DNA of 59,831 bases, filler included, from Dugesia japonica (GCA_001938525.1; 6 parts of 6 records of this genome joined end to end with filler, not necessarily neighbours in it), one strand, 5' to 3'. Counted from the first letter of the whole stretch, positions 24,506 to 38,532 are shown. The notes: generated by a model from the letters alone, not told the origin. Translations and numbers: made by a program.

Positions 24506-26894
24506 AGTAGATGGATAGTGGAGCACTAGAACACCCACCCTCCCGAGGGAAATTTTTTTCTAGCTTGACTTTCTAACTCTGATGACGTCATTATTTATTT
24601 TTAATAACGCTCAATTTATTATTTTTGTTTAAATTTAGTGAAAATAATTGCTTTTGTTTAAAGTTTTAGGTATTTTTGTCTAAATTAACCAAACTTGTCA
24701 AATTTTTAAATTGTGAAATGATCATCTTTGTGCAACTTTAACATTAGGAAGTCTTGAGCAATATTAATAACAACAATAATGATAATGAAAAAATAAAAAG
24801 ATATCATAACACAAAATTTATTATCAATTACACATATAATCATAGTCATCACATTATTTACAATACTTTCATAATTATTTCAATCTGGATTTTTATTGTA
24901 AATTGGATCTTAATAGTACAAATTAATAATTTCAAATAACAAAAATAGTTTACCTGTACATGCGCTTCTTTTCATCCAAGTTTTTTATTAAGAGATAGAA
25001 TAATGCCCGTATGGTATGCTTATAATTTTGTAGGTCCACACTCTTTTGTCATCAATAATGGTTAATGCGACTTTTTGTCCTAAGAAACCGTACAACCGAT
25101 TGTTTTTCGTTCCTATTCTTAATTGTTTTACTGAGATCGATTGCATGTTATTATAACAATCAAGGTACTACTGATAAAACCCTTTCTTTATATTTTCTTC
25201 TTTTATTTTCATCTTTAAACTTTCCAATCACTAAGTTGAGTTCCTTGTTGTAAAGAGTATGGTTTGGTCTAATCCATTTTGTTAAGTTGAGTTCCTTGTT
25301 GTAAAGAGTATGGTCTGGTGAGTAATTTAAAGTATCTAAAAGTTGATCTTTTATCATCAGCAACAAGAACCTTTCCCATCCAATGTTTCTAACTTTTAAG
25401 TATAAGATATCGGTGCCTCCAGCTATTATTTTTATTTCACAATTTCTTTGTTTCCTATACTTATCCAGTTCGATGTATTGAAGCTGAAACATTCTTAATT
25501 TGCTTAAATCAAGAACTGCCTGTCTCATGTAGCTCAGTTTATTAAGATACAAAATGGCTTTATTTAGTTGTACCGCTATTAATTCTTTATCGATCTTTGT
25601 TTGTTCCCTGTGGAAGAGGTCACCAACTCCTTTGCTGAATTACATATTATCAAGTTTATTCTTTTCTTTAGATTTTCAACTGATTTACCGTACAAGCTGT
25701 TTTTTTCATGAGATAATAGTAATTTTTATCCAACTCACTTTCCGCCCTTAATTTGGTGTTTTTTTATCGATGTATTGCTTGAAAATATTGTCTTGTAAAA
25801 GTTAAACTGCCCTGTGAATATTTGTAACTTGGAAACCTAATTGCAAGTACATTTACAGAAATCTCCAGTACACTACGTATTTAAACTTCAAATAATAAGT
25901 CAACATTGATTTCTTGACTTCGCTTCCGGAGCACATTGATGCTCGGCTGCAATAGGTAAGTCAGTGAGACAATCGTGGAGTTCTTTGGGAATCTTAATGT
26001 CAACTTCTATAGTGTATTTAAATGGTAACGACTCGAGACCTGCATATTTAAATTCTTCTAAAACTACTTCTAATCCACAATATACCCATTTCAAATCTTT
26101 GTATGGTAACCTCTGGCTCAAAGCTGGGAAAAAGAAAAAATGACAATTGTTGAGATATTCATTACCTTCATTGGCATTTTTCTTTCGTTGAATATAAGCT
26201 CCTTTATATAATCTTTAAATTTTTCTGCTCGATTTTTATTTCCAACTACATTTAAGCACAGAAAAACACTATAGACGAAAAACAAATTATCAGTGTTCTG
26301 AACATTGATTATTGCTGATTTTCTCGCAAGATTACTAGATATGGTAATAAAACTACTTCCCGTCAGCCGACTTATCTTGATAGTTTTTTTATCTTTAAAT
26401 TTATTTCCAGGATACAAGATAGTGTCCAACTGCTCCCTAACTCCGACCTTATAATTATTTTTTCATTTAATGAATTGATATATTCCTCAAAAAACGTTTC
26501 GCTCAAAGATACTGCTACATTCGATAATATACAGGTTTTAATCTCTTCATCCTTAACTAACTCTGTGTGTATTCCAAATCGTAATTTTATGCTCTTTACT
26601 TCTTTGATTATTTGAAATAATCTTTGTACTAATGATTCTGGGAAAAATATTTGTTTCATATTTAAATTCGATACATCAAGTTTGAATATTTGATGACACT
26701 TATAGATTACTTTTGATAGTAGGTTTATTAAGAGAACGGCCAACTTGCATATTCTCTTCATTCATTTCTTCGATTACGCAGAAAGTTTGAAATCTAAAAA
26801 AAATTCTAAAAAAAGTGAAAACAAAAATTTAGCTAGAAAAACGTTTCCCTCTGTGTGGAGGGGTTGTGTTTTCGTGCGCCACTATCCATCTATT
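24506..26894 (-). mobile_element. 2.4-kb Polinton-type element with about 60-bp TIRs carrying only a decayed protein-primed PolB
   Basis: Left end AGTAGATGGATAGTGGAGCAC..GAGGGAAA..TTTTTCTAGCT; right end (reverse complement) AATAGATGGATAGTGGCGCAC..GAGGGAAAC.TTTTTCTAGCT. Flanks ACGGTA and AAGGTA (5/6 TSD match). Confidence 0.85.
24990..26761 (-). pseudogene. Protein-primed family B DNA polymerase (Polinton/adintovirus type), frameshifted, exonuclease region apparently deleted
   Basis: N-terminal GSSWTL and GSSFI...AIINVQNTDN motifs are joined directly to MSQRLPY..W...IEVDIKIPKELHD..TDLP. Then SLYGKSVENLKKR, VLDLSKLRM...GTD, IGKFKDE and KVALTIIDDKR...PYGHY. Confidence 0.9.
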
Positions 26895-27189
26895 AAGGTA
26901 TGTTATCAAAACGCAAAACTATTTTTGCGCGTTTTCCAGCAAATAATAGTACAATTAAAGAGTGATTCAAACTAATTATTTGTTGTCCGTATATATCAAA
27001 ATTAACGAATGCAACTTAAACATATTTGTTTTAATATTATCTAAATAAATTGTAAACAATTACAATAATAAAATGATGATATATTTTAAATACATAGGAC
27101 ATTGATGTGACATTACATTTTGCTTGCAAGTGAGAAAAACAGATAAAGAAATAGAGGAAATGTTCCACCAGCATATATATAGATATATA

Positions 27190-27600
27190 TATATATATAT
27201 AGATAATGTCATGCCAACGTTTAAACGTTATAAAAGTTTTATGAACAGAGAAACTTATGTAGTAGACGAATTGAGATCTGTGAGAGCAGTTTCAGTTAGG
27301 TCTGATACATGATTGGAATGGTGAAAGAAAATATTGTAACATATCATCAATTGAGCGTCAGAATGATTGTTGAGACTTTTGAAATGAGCTAGACTGTTGA
27401 TTTGAAAAAAAGTAAACCTTGCAACTAGATTTATTCCACAATTTCTCATCAATAAACAGAAAGATTGAGAAAGATCATTTGACGCTTTTACCATGACACC
27501 TTGAGAGTATTGCCTCCGGAGATGAGATAAAGATTTATTATTATGAAATTGAAACAAAACGCCAAATTCTGGAGTGGCGATGGAAAAAATAATTTCCATC
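27190..27600 (+). mobile_element. Mariner transposase remnant
   Basis: ATRFIPQFL and SGDEIKIYYYEIETKRQILEW motifs on the plus strand, with stops. Confidence 0.65.
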
Positions 27601-27681
27601 ATATATACGATATTAAATATACAATATTATATTATTATATGTATATTATATATATACGATATTAAAATTATATACGCTATA

Positions 27682-29820
27682 AGTAGGTGGGAGTGTCTGA
27701 ACTAGACCAAAAGTGTCATAATCACAAGGTGTGGACTTTCACACTTTTCGCGCGTATTTTAACACCTTTAAAATAAACAATGTTAGGTGTGAAATTTACA
27801 TTTGTATTTGACCTGAAAAAAAATTCATTTTTGCATTGAGCAATAATACATGAAATTATTATTGTTATTAATATTATTATTTTATATGTTTTTCAATGTT
27901 AGGTGTGAATTTTTACACTTTATTAGACCTTAAATTATTTTTTTGTTTTAATTAACATGAAAAAAATGACACATTATTTATTTTTTATTAAAACTTTAAA
28001 GCGCTGTGCATTGATCATAATGAAATTCAAATTAATTTTTTTATTGTTTTAATTAACATGAAAAATTAACACCTTATTAATTTTTTATTAAAAAATGAGC
28101 ATTACTATATAAAATAATAATAATTATTATTATTAATATTACTTAAAATGTTTTTATAGGTGTGAATTTTCACACCTTATTATAAAAAATGATTTTTTTT
28201 ATCGACGTATACATTTTCACACATTACCTTTTATTATTATTATTAAAATGTGTTTGTTATGATAGTGATTTTTCACACCTTTAGCAAAACGTTAACAATG
28301 AAATTTGTTTATATTATTTTTTTATCCGTTTTTATTGTTATTTAAATGTACTTTTTTTAAGAGTAAACTTTCACTCCTTAATACAAGTCAAACAAAATCA
28401 TTGCAACACGTGTGCAACTATAACAAAGAGCATGAATCATACTTGTGCAAGTGAAACAAAGAAAATTCAACACAAATGTAAGTATACAAAAGTATGATTA
28501 CTAACCAGAAATAAGTTGTTATGTGATTTTGTAGAGTTTTATAGGGTAACTATATGGTATTTATATGGTCTTATCGGGTATCTATAATGTTTGTATAGCG
28601 TTTATAATGTAACTTTATGGTTTCTATGGTAATTATCTATAGGATTTATATAGTTTTATATGTTATTATAATGCTTTTTTTTAGGAATTATAGCGTTATT
28701 ATAGAGTAACTATAGGGTTTCTTATGTTCCTATTATGCTTTTATAGGGTTTTATATGATAATTATATTTTTTATAAGGTAATCATAAGGTTTTATAGAGT
28801 TATGTAATTTTTTTAAAATATCATAGATTTAATGTATTTATTTCAAAAGATTTCTTAGAGATCTAGTAATTATTTCAATATATTTACTCTATGTTCCTGA
28901 AAAACATATTAATGTTATGAAAAACCAATACTTTCATTAAAACCAAGCAATAAACACAATACAATTAATGAAACAATTAAAAGCATATATTCAAAGAAAT
29001 TTATACATTGAATGTATTCAGTACATTCATATGCATATTAATACGTTTATTCTATACAATTTTTTATATCATTCTATAAATAATATAAAAAAAGTACATA
29101 CAAACCTTTTGTAGATTTACATATCGATTTCATTAAAATATTATGCAAACTTCATTATGTTTTTTTTATGGATTTATTAGATAATTATTGGGTTTTAAAA
29201 GGATATTTTATAATTATTATATGGTTTTATATGTCTTTATAGTTTTCTATAGGGTTTATATGTGTTTATTGATCAAATACTTCAAAACTGTATAGATTTC
29301 TATGTTATTATTTTCAACCCTAACGTAGATGTCAATAGATTCTAACAAAAAAACTAATCGAGCCTCATATACAGTAAACTAATTGAGTCTTATACACAGT
29401 AAACCAATGGATAGTATACAAGCAATACACTCAATAAAGTCACTAGACTCATAAATTAAACTCTATGGAGTCATATAATACATACAAGAAACCTAATAGA
29501 GTAATATAATACACACGATAAACCCTATGAAGGCATATAATACACACACAATCAACCCTATAAAGTAAGATAATACACACAATACACGAAAAAATGTCAT
29601 ATAATACGTATAATATACAAAGTAATGTCATAAACTACACCCAATAATATCATATAATACACATAAAATACTCAATAAAGTCACTTAAATACACAGAATA
29701 AGTCTAATACATACAAATAAATACTCACAATAAACTCAATATAGTCATATAATACACATAATAAATCCATTAGGAGATACAATACACAAAATTAACTAAT
29801 ATAGTCATTAAATACACACA
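27682..29820. repeat. Repetitive non-coding element starting AGTAGG with internal motif arrays
   Basis: Repeated AGGTGTGAA/TTCACACCT motifs (27730-28380) and strand-skewed low-complexity arrays. 28400-28470 is an inverted homolog of about 59560-59615. Confidence 0.4.
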
Positions 29821-29966
29821 TATTGATTGTATATGAAACCATTTCACAGTGGACATATATTACCCTGGACTAGTAATACTACCTTCAGGCAAAAAATTGG
29901 AATAATCAAGGCTGAAAAAATAAGAGCTGAAAGATTATCTTCAAACGAAGAAATGAGACTGACTTC
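29821..29966 (+). mobile_element. Penelope-like retroelement fragment (RT C-terminal region)
   Basis: YMKPFHSGHILPWTSNTTFRQKIGIIKAEKIRAERLSS matches the PLE pattern Y.KptHs..l...S....K.gii....Ra.r.ss; runs into a gap. Confidence 0.7.
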
Positions 29967-30925
29967 NNNNNNNNNNNNNNNNNNNNNNNNNNNNNNNNNN
30001 NNNNNNNNNNTTAATTAATTAANNNNNNNNNNNNNNNNNNNNNNNNNNNNNNNNNNNNNNNNNNNNAAATTTGTTTATTAAAAATTCGTTTAATAGCAAC
30101 ATTCTATAAAGCGCCAACAATTATAAATTCATAAGAAAAAATTTGTTTTTAGTCGGTTCCCATATAAATAAGAAATTTCTCGGCATTTTCAACTTGCTAA
30201 AACACAAACTATCTATGTAATTAACTCGATTTAATTTAATTTTAACTAAATTTTCTTGATTGAAATAAATATTNATTATTAATAGTGTTACTGCAGTGTA
30301 ACTAAATTTTTAACGCAAAAGAATACGTATTATAATATTTTTGAAGCTTGAACATCATCAAAATTTTAAAATTATTTTTTGTAATTGAATGAATAAATAT
30401 ATTTAGAATAATAAAAAATAATTACATGTATCAATGCACAACTTCCGACTTCGACTTCGAAATCTCTGGGTACTCAATGAAAAACACAAAATCAAAGATG
30501 ATAATAATCTGAGAATGTTGCAGTCAATGTCAAAATATTTTAATCTTTCAAGTCTGCGTTTGCAGAATTCTTATCTTATGTTAAGTTGAAGTCATCATTG
30601 GCAACAGCTTGATAGATCTTTAAATAATCAAAATAATAAATCTGAGATCTCTTTAAATAGTTGAATAATTTTCCTGGTGAGTTTCTTTCTGGTTATCAAG
30701 ATTATCATTGAAAGTCTTCACGTCTAGTAATAGCAAGAAAAACACTATTCTCATCTAAAATTTATATAAAACAAAGTTACTATTAATTGAAAAACTTATT
30801 CAGAAAAGTTTTGATATTCAAACAAATATGCGTAATAAATATTTTAATTATTTTCTCAAAATATTCTAAATTTCCAAAGTTTTATAAACATTTTAATTAC
30901 GCATATAAATTTGAAATCAAACAAT

Positions 30926-33560
30926 TCAAATATTATTCTCACATCCCTCTTCTTTAAGAAATATTCTGATCTTTTCAACATTTCTTTCCATTGTCCCACC
31001 CTGATCATATCGAACCAGATATCTACGGTCATGTATCTTTTTTACTACTAACAATGGACCTACAAAACCATTCAGACCCTTATTTATTGTTTCCTCCTTG
31101 AAAAGAATTGCATCTCCAATAGCGAATTTTCTCCTGGTTGGGTACGTAACCTTTGATATATTGTCAAACTTCTCGAATTCTAGTTGTCTAGGTGGAAACC
31201 ACCTTACTCTGTTAATTTCTCTACGAAACAATGTATTCACCGGGCTTTTACTTGTTGTTTTCTGTACTGTCGCATTAATCGCAAATTCTATGTCTGTAAG
31301 AACTTTTGCCCAATTCTATGCGTTTTTGTCTGCTATTAATGCCCCAATCCTGTCTATGATAATCCCAAATTACCTTTCTACCTGTACATTTGTATTCTTT
31401 GTGATTCAAATCCTTACCACAATCTGTGTGAATATATCTCAGAGCCCCTACTTAATTATCCAGTTATCTTACAAAACGCGAGTTATTGAATCTTCATCTT
31501 GTTTTGCTGTATCTTTCAATGATATATATTTACTATTTTGATCGATAATAGCTACGATATATTTCTTTTTTTGGAAAGTTTCTGGCAATGGTTTTGCTAT
31601 ATCAATATATATTCTCTCAAACAGCGTCGTCAGCTCGGATTTTTAAGTTACTTCTTTAGTTTTAATTGTTACTACCTTCACTTGCTGATATGCTTTGCAT
31701 TTGCTCACAATTTTCTCCACAACCTAGTAATGTCATTATGTTGCCTAATCTATTTGGCAACGTTTTCTTTTCCTGCGTGTGCTAGCAACTGAGGTATCTT
31801 TCTGATCATATCTGATTTTTATCTGTTGGTATCCACATCCGTTTTGGGTTAATATCTGACCGTCTATCGATTGGAATCTCTCTTTTCTACCATCTTTGAT
31901 CTGTTCTCGTAATATTCGTATCTCTTCATTATTTCTTTGCCATTTTGATGTCTTCGTTATTATATTCGAAATTCTCGATTCTAATTTGCCCTATATAGGA
32001 TCTTCGTGTATCATCATGCACTGTACACATATGCCACATGCCTGCCTTGAGAGAAAATCCACATTACCATTTTTGTCAACTTTCTTGTCCATTGTTGTAA
32101 TTTTGTGATAATATGCCACCAATTGTATTGTAGCTAGCATCCGTATCTAGTATGAATTGTTTCCTGACATCCAGAAATACTAAAATTGATGGCGCTTCTT
32201 TCATATCTCCGAATGATTATTTGCAGCTCTCTGTCCATATATTTTTCTTATTATTTACACCGCACAGTTTTTCTAGTTCTCTAGCCTTCTTTGCGTAATA
32301 CTTTATTAATCTTCTGTAATAGCAACATATCCCCAAGAAATTCCTTAATCCTTTTACGCATTTTGGTATTTCGTATGACTGTATTGAAACCAAGGTTGTT
32401 GGATTGGCCTGAACTCCTTTATCACTTATGTGTCCTAAAAATTTAATCTTTTTTTAGCACTTGACATTTTGACGGGCTCAAACGTATTCGTGCTTGATGT
32501 ATTTTACTAAATACTTTATGCAGTGTTTTTTAATGCTCTTTTAGGTTTTTTGAATATATTAGAATATAATTTAAATACACAGTTCTTCCCTTTGTTGAAC
32601 CTAAACCTTTGTCATGAGTTCATGGAATGTCCCAAGTGCTGCAGCTATGCCAAACGGCATTTGTTTGAAGCAATATTAACCTGACTTTGTTGAAAAGGCT
32701 GTTTTTCTTTTGACTCTTTTTTGGCTCTATTTGATAGTAAGCATTACCTAAATCTAATGATCTGAAGAATTTTAACGCGCCTAATCTATCCAGAATATCT
32801 TCTACATTTGGCATTGAAAATACTTGTCTTTCCGAATTATCGTTTAACTGTCGAAAGTCCAGGCAGTGACTAATGTCTTTCTTTTCTTTTTTCCAGATAC
32901 ATATCCACTGGGTGTTCCATGCTGAATTGCGCTTTCGTATAATTCCATTTGCAAATAGATTACACACTCATTCGTTTATCTTAAAATCTAGGTTCATCAG
33001 TGTCCTCCAGGGCTTTACATGTGAAGTTCTTCCTTTAGTTACGTTTTAATGCTTGACCAGTTTTATGCATCCTATGTCCAATTTATCTGCCATAAAGATA
33101 TTTGAATGTTTCCTTGTCAACTCCTTGATCGTGCCATTTTCAATGTATTTATTTCTTTCAAAGCCTTTTGACATCTTTCTGTATCTGTAATAATCCTTCC
33201 AAAGTGCAGCTCAATATTGCAAATCAGATCTTGATTATCTTTTTTTTCTGTATCTATCCAACGTAGTACTAATTCAAAACTGGTCTGCAACTCAATGCCA
33301 ACAATTATACTAGGGATTACCTTTTCCACAACTATGAAATTAATACATCTAATTGTATTGCCGATCTTCACAACCATATCAACTCGCCCTTTGGTACATA
33401 ATAAACTTTGGTAGCGCACTGTAGTCTGTCCTTGGTTACTAATAAAGCAATATCCTTGAATTTGTTAAACAGATCCATACCCATCACATTAATTCTTGCT
33501 CCGGTATCCAGTAGGCTTTCAAATTCCATGTTTTGGATCATTATTGCAATATTCGGTGTT
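30926..33560 (-). mobile_element. Ty3/Gypsy pol remnant (PR-RT-RH-IN) with polypurine tract and start of 3' LTR
   Basis: LLDTGARIN (protease), CLDFRQLN/LDLGNAYYQI/MPFG (RT), FILDTDAS (RNase H) and FVGPLLVVKKI (integrase C-terminus). PPT AAAGAAGAGGGA is followed by TGT at 30943 on the minus strand. Confidence 0.9.
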
Positions 33561-33740
33561 AGGATGTTTTAATATCTAACATAAAAATTTTAAAAAAAGT
33601 TTTATAAAAGTTTTATGTAATAATAATTGAAGAAATTTCAAATACAAAATGAAAATAATTAAAACAATAAATTGCTTTTATATTTGGTTTTAGAATATGT
33701 TTTTCACTAGATTTACTTATAACTTATTTATAAATATTTA

Positions 33741-34076
33741 TTGATAAAAACTGCAGAAAGTTTAGAAGCCTCTAACATAGCGTTTCTCGCAAGTGCGACA
33801 AAAGACCTGCTCGCATCAGCTTTGAGGCTAAAAACATATCGAAAAGAAGATGACGTAGAGAAATTTATAGTTGAATGCCGAAAGTATTTCGATACAGCAA
33901 ACGTAACCAAGAGTGCTAGAAAACTGGTAATTGTGGGTCTACTGGTTGATAAATTTAGGAGAAGATTCGAAAAAACCGATGACGGACAGAGTTACGAAGA
34001 TAGACGTTTATTCGTCAAAGAAACGTCATTTGTAAAGGAAATCGAACGCGTATTGTCATACAGTCAACAAGAATAG
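33741..34076 (+). mobile_element. Inverted gag-like fragment inserted between gag and protease of the Gypsy remnant
   Basis: LKTYRKEDDVEKFIVECRKYF resembles a gag capsid N-terminus and lies on the opposite strand to the surrounding retro sequence. Confidence 0.5.
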
Positions 34077-34079
34077 GAT

Positions 34080-37000
34080 GTTGACAGCTTTGTGGAAGAA
34101 ACTGACAAGATGGTGGATTTACTGATGACATAAAACATCTTGTGTAACCCTCCCCTCTAAAGATAGGTTCGATATCCAATTCTTTTTTACATTGTTTCTC
34201 TGTATGTTCCAATTTACCGCATAATTTTGCATGGTTTTTTCCAACATAGTTTCTTTGGGTGATCTGATTCCCCACAATATTCGCATAGTCTATTTTTCCA
34301 ACACCAGGTTGCCATATAATCAAGTTTACCACATTCACTACACTTAAAGTTTTCTTTTTGTTTAGGTATCGTGGGTTTCTTTATTACTTCTTCCATTTTC
34401 ATTCCAGGTTTATAACAACAATTGCATTGCGAATTTTGTCCTTTTTTCTTGTTCTCTGAATTTTAATAGCCTTGACTTTAGGACATTTTCTACTATTGCT
34501 TCTACCGACACTTTATGTACTGCATTGATTACCTCTTCTAAATCATTTAGTTGTAACGTTGATACCNATAACAGTTCTTCCATCTGATCTGTAAGATCGT
34601 TATTTGATGATATTTCTGACTCTTGGTTTGAGTTCGTTCTTGTTATATAGTTTACTTGTTCTGAGCTATATATTAGATTTATTTCAACTTCCTGTAAATT
34701 TAGAATTCCTGCTTCCTTCGCCTGATTTCTGGTTTTCGTTTCTCCCATTGTTTTTCTTCTCTTTTTCTTCTTGGTCACTACGTCTGTGAAATGGTTTGGT
34801 TCTTTTGCTTCTACAGTTTCTACCTGTAACATGTATAATTTGGAGATTCCCAATGCTGAATTTCTCATTCCGTCCTCCTTGTCTATCTTGCGTTTGTTAC
34901 GGCATTGTTTCAATAAGTGACCTTTCTGACTACACCACTTGCATGTTGTATTTGACCAACAGTTTTCTATTAAGTGACACTTTTTCTTGCACGTTTTGCA
35001 ATATAGTTGGTTGTTGATTGCAATCAATTTTCTTTCTTGCTCCTTTATTTTCCACAATGTGGACCGTAATATTGCATTTGTACGTTGTTCCTCTTCTAAG
35101 AATAAAAGGATCCCTTTTTTAGTGCCTTTACTTTTCCTCTTTGGTCAGGTGAGATAATTACTTGCTGTATTACTCTGCTCACTTCTTGTATTCCTGACGT
35201 TGTTGTTTGTAATAATTCTTTGATTTGATCTAGGGATACTTCTTTCTCTTTTGAGNNNNNNNNNNNNNNNNNNNNNNNNNNNNNNNNNNNNNNNNNNNNN
35301 NGTGTTTGGTGACTTTTTTGATTAATTTCTTTTGTGGACTCCTTGTTTTCAATATCTGCTTTGAGATCTAGTTCTTGTGAGTAATTGGCTTCTCCTATCT
35401 TCTGAGTGAATTTAAGCTCTGTTAATCTAGGTATTATTATTTCATTGAATAACCTCAGTGCCCAAAGACATTTCTTTCTCATATTTATTCTTGTTCTGTT
35501 GTGNNNNNNNNNNNNNNNNNNNNNNNNNNNNNNNNNNNNNNNNNNNNNNNNNNNNNNNNNNNNNNNNNNNNNNNNNNTGTACTGGTTCTTTGGAATTGCT
35601 TTGGATCTGTTTGGATCCTAGATACAATTCCAAATCATCTGACGTTATTGCTTTGTTGTCTTCTTTAATTAATTGCATTATATTACACCAACACGACTTT
35701 CCTGATATAGTTAATTTCTTTTTATTATGGGTCCATAAAACCTTTACTCTGAATGACTCTGGTCTTGGGTTTAACAACCTTATTCCTTGATCATAAACTN
35801 ATTCTTCTACCAATAATTGGCATTCTTGATCTATCATTGGTTTAAAATTATGTAGTGCTCCAATGAGTTCAGCTGTTTTTGCGGATATTAGTCGTTTACT
35901 ATTTTTGCTAATTATTTTGATGATTTTTTGGATTTTTTCTATCCCATCTATTTCTGCTTCTTATTCTTAATTCTCTATTCTAGTTTTTATTTCCGAGGTT
36001 TCTTTAGTTATGCAATTTTGGACTTGCTCTTTTTCTATATCTTGCTCCTTTTTTGGGTTTGTGGCTTCCTGATTTACTTCTTTTGTTTCATCCTTTATCT
36101 GCAAAATATTTATTATTTCCATATGAGCTTCCAGTTTTGGTTTTTTAATCCGGAATGTAGCAAAATCCAATTTTGTTCCGATTAACAGTTTTGACATTAA
36201 ATCCGTTCCTAATGCTGCATCTACGTTATTTTTCATAATAAGGAATTGATGTTTTATGGTTTTTTCTTGACGTTTGGCATTACATTCTAGTGTTCCAATA
36301 ATCTGCACCGTTTCTCCGTTAACTCCTAATGCCCTGGTTGTATAGGGTTTTATTTCTTTTCTCTTACTTTGAGATATATTTCTTATATTTAGCACCGATC
36401 TGGATGCTCCTGTATCCAANAGCGTTTTCATCGGTTGGTTGTCAATTTGTATTATTAATGAGAAGCTAAATCCGCCATCTTGAGTTTCTATTACGGCTAG
36501 TTGCTCATTTCATTCCTCCTCATTGAGTTCCGTGTTTATTTTATCATCTGGAGTCCATTTATTCTCATTTTGAATTATTTCCTCTAGTGAGTTTTCTCCT
36601 AGATTGAGTTTTAGTTTGGCTAAAGTTTCTCTTAGTTGAGTGATTCTTTGTTGATTATTTTTCATTTGTTTTCGTAACTGGCAGGTTTTCTTGGACAGGA
36701 TTCCTGTTACCTCTTTGTTCCTTTTATTTTTATCATCTTTATCTTGTCGAATTTGGTAACATTGTTCATATTTAATTGGGAAATGTTTTTCTTCGTAATT
36801 ACGACTTCTTCCGACTTCAGTTACATTTCTTGATCTCGCGATGTCTATTCTGTGTCCACATAATCTTGCAATATGCCCATGTTTTCCGCAGACATAACAT
36901 ACTTAATTTTTTGTCAGGCATTCCTTAGCTTGGTGTCCTTGTCTGTTGCAATTGTAACATTTTTCTATTTGTTGAGTCATTGGTGATACTATTATTAGTT

Positions 37001-38532
37001 TCTTGGTTTTCTGGTAGTTTGATTCTTAACATGAGCAATCTCGCTGATTCCGTGCTTCGATTCTCAATTCCTTGGTTTTGAGTTTCATTATTGTTTCCTG
37101 AATTTTGTTCTTCTGCAGATCTAATTCTCTTGAGTAGGCATCTATCTTGTGGGTGTCCTTTCTTACCGCATTTGCTGCAATATCTGTGTCAACAATTATC
37201 CATAGGGTGGTTTTTCCACCCGCAGATGTTACAATAAGTATATTTGATTGTACATTGATTAGTATTATGATGAGTTCTCCGGCAATTTTGACATCTACTT
37301 TTCATGTTATTTTGTCCATATCTTGTTTCTTGACTAGCAGATATTTGCTCAATAGCAGTCATTGCTCTGATAATACTTCACTCATTGCTGCCGCTTTTAA
37401 TTTAGCGGTGTTGAAATCGGGGGGTTTGCGTGAAGCTACATGACTTCTTACTAATGGGTCTCGTAAGCCAGATCTGAAACATCTTAATATCATTTTTTCA
37501 TATGTTAGGCTTGCTAATCTTGTCAAATCCTTTATAGCAGCTGCAAACTCCTTAAAGGTTTCATTTTTTCCTTGTTTCCTTCCAGCAAGTTGTTCATATC
37601 GTCCCCATATCAGTTTATTTTCTTGCTCTTTTACTGCTCCTTATTCCATTGCTTTCCTGATCGTAACTTTTTCTGCTTTCTTCAATTCTTGATTTACGGG
37701 TGACTTGTTTGATTCTATATGTAGCATATACAATCTTTCTGGGTCATTATTCTTGGTTAATTTTTTACAACCTTGCCATTTTCCATTCCAACAACTTACC
37801 TTTTCATCTTCTTCCATATTATTTCTTTATATACTTTCGATATACTTTCTTGGGGCAATTTAATATTCGGTGACCCATTTTTTGACAATAGCGACATATG
37901 AGTGCCGGATTTGAGCACTTTCCACATTTCTTCTTCTTTGATAGGCATTCTGTCGCCGTATGTCCTTTATTGCGACATTTCTTGCAAACGCATGAATACT
38001 TAATTCTGCCATAGGATCTTTTTCTCTTCCGCTCGATGCATTATAATGGCTTCCGTAATTGTTTTGGGTTCTTTTAGTTTAACTAATTGTTGTATTTCTT
38101 TACTTTTGATTCCTTTAATGTAGATTCCGACACACTGATCGCTGGTTTCCTTCGGCCAAGGTACTTTAAAAAATCGTTGTCTAAATTATATGGCGTAATT
38201 CTGAGATGACTCCTCGTCCTGTTGTTGACATTGTGAGAGTTCCTTTGATGCTTGTAGAAAGTCTCTTTGTTCTTCAAAATTTTGTCTATTTCCTTCCATG
38301 ACTTGAATGGTTCATCAGTTTCTTGAGTATGTTGTCGGTAAACCTTTAAAGCATTTTCTCTTAGGTATAATGCTACCAAATTGATTTTATCTTTTTCACT
38401 ATAACCATAAGAATTTGCGTGATGTTCGTAGCTCCATAGGAATTCATCCACATAGTCCGNNNNNNNGTCGAAGGGTTTACCCCGGTATCTCTCCACAGGC
38501 TTTTGGTTCAATAACTGGTTATCGTTGTTCAT
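34080..38532 (-). mobile_element. Gypsy-like gag/protease remnants with multiple CCHC knuckles
   Basis: Gag-like VDEFLWSYEHHANSYGYSE. Knuckles CYNCNRQGHQAKEC, CKWCSQKGHLLKQC and CEYCGESDHPKKLC. Protease LDTGASRS...ALGTDLM at 35967-36431. Confidence 0.8.
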
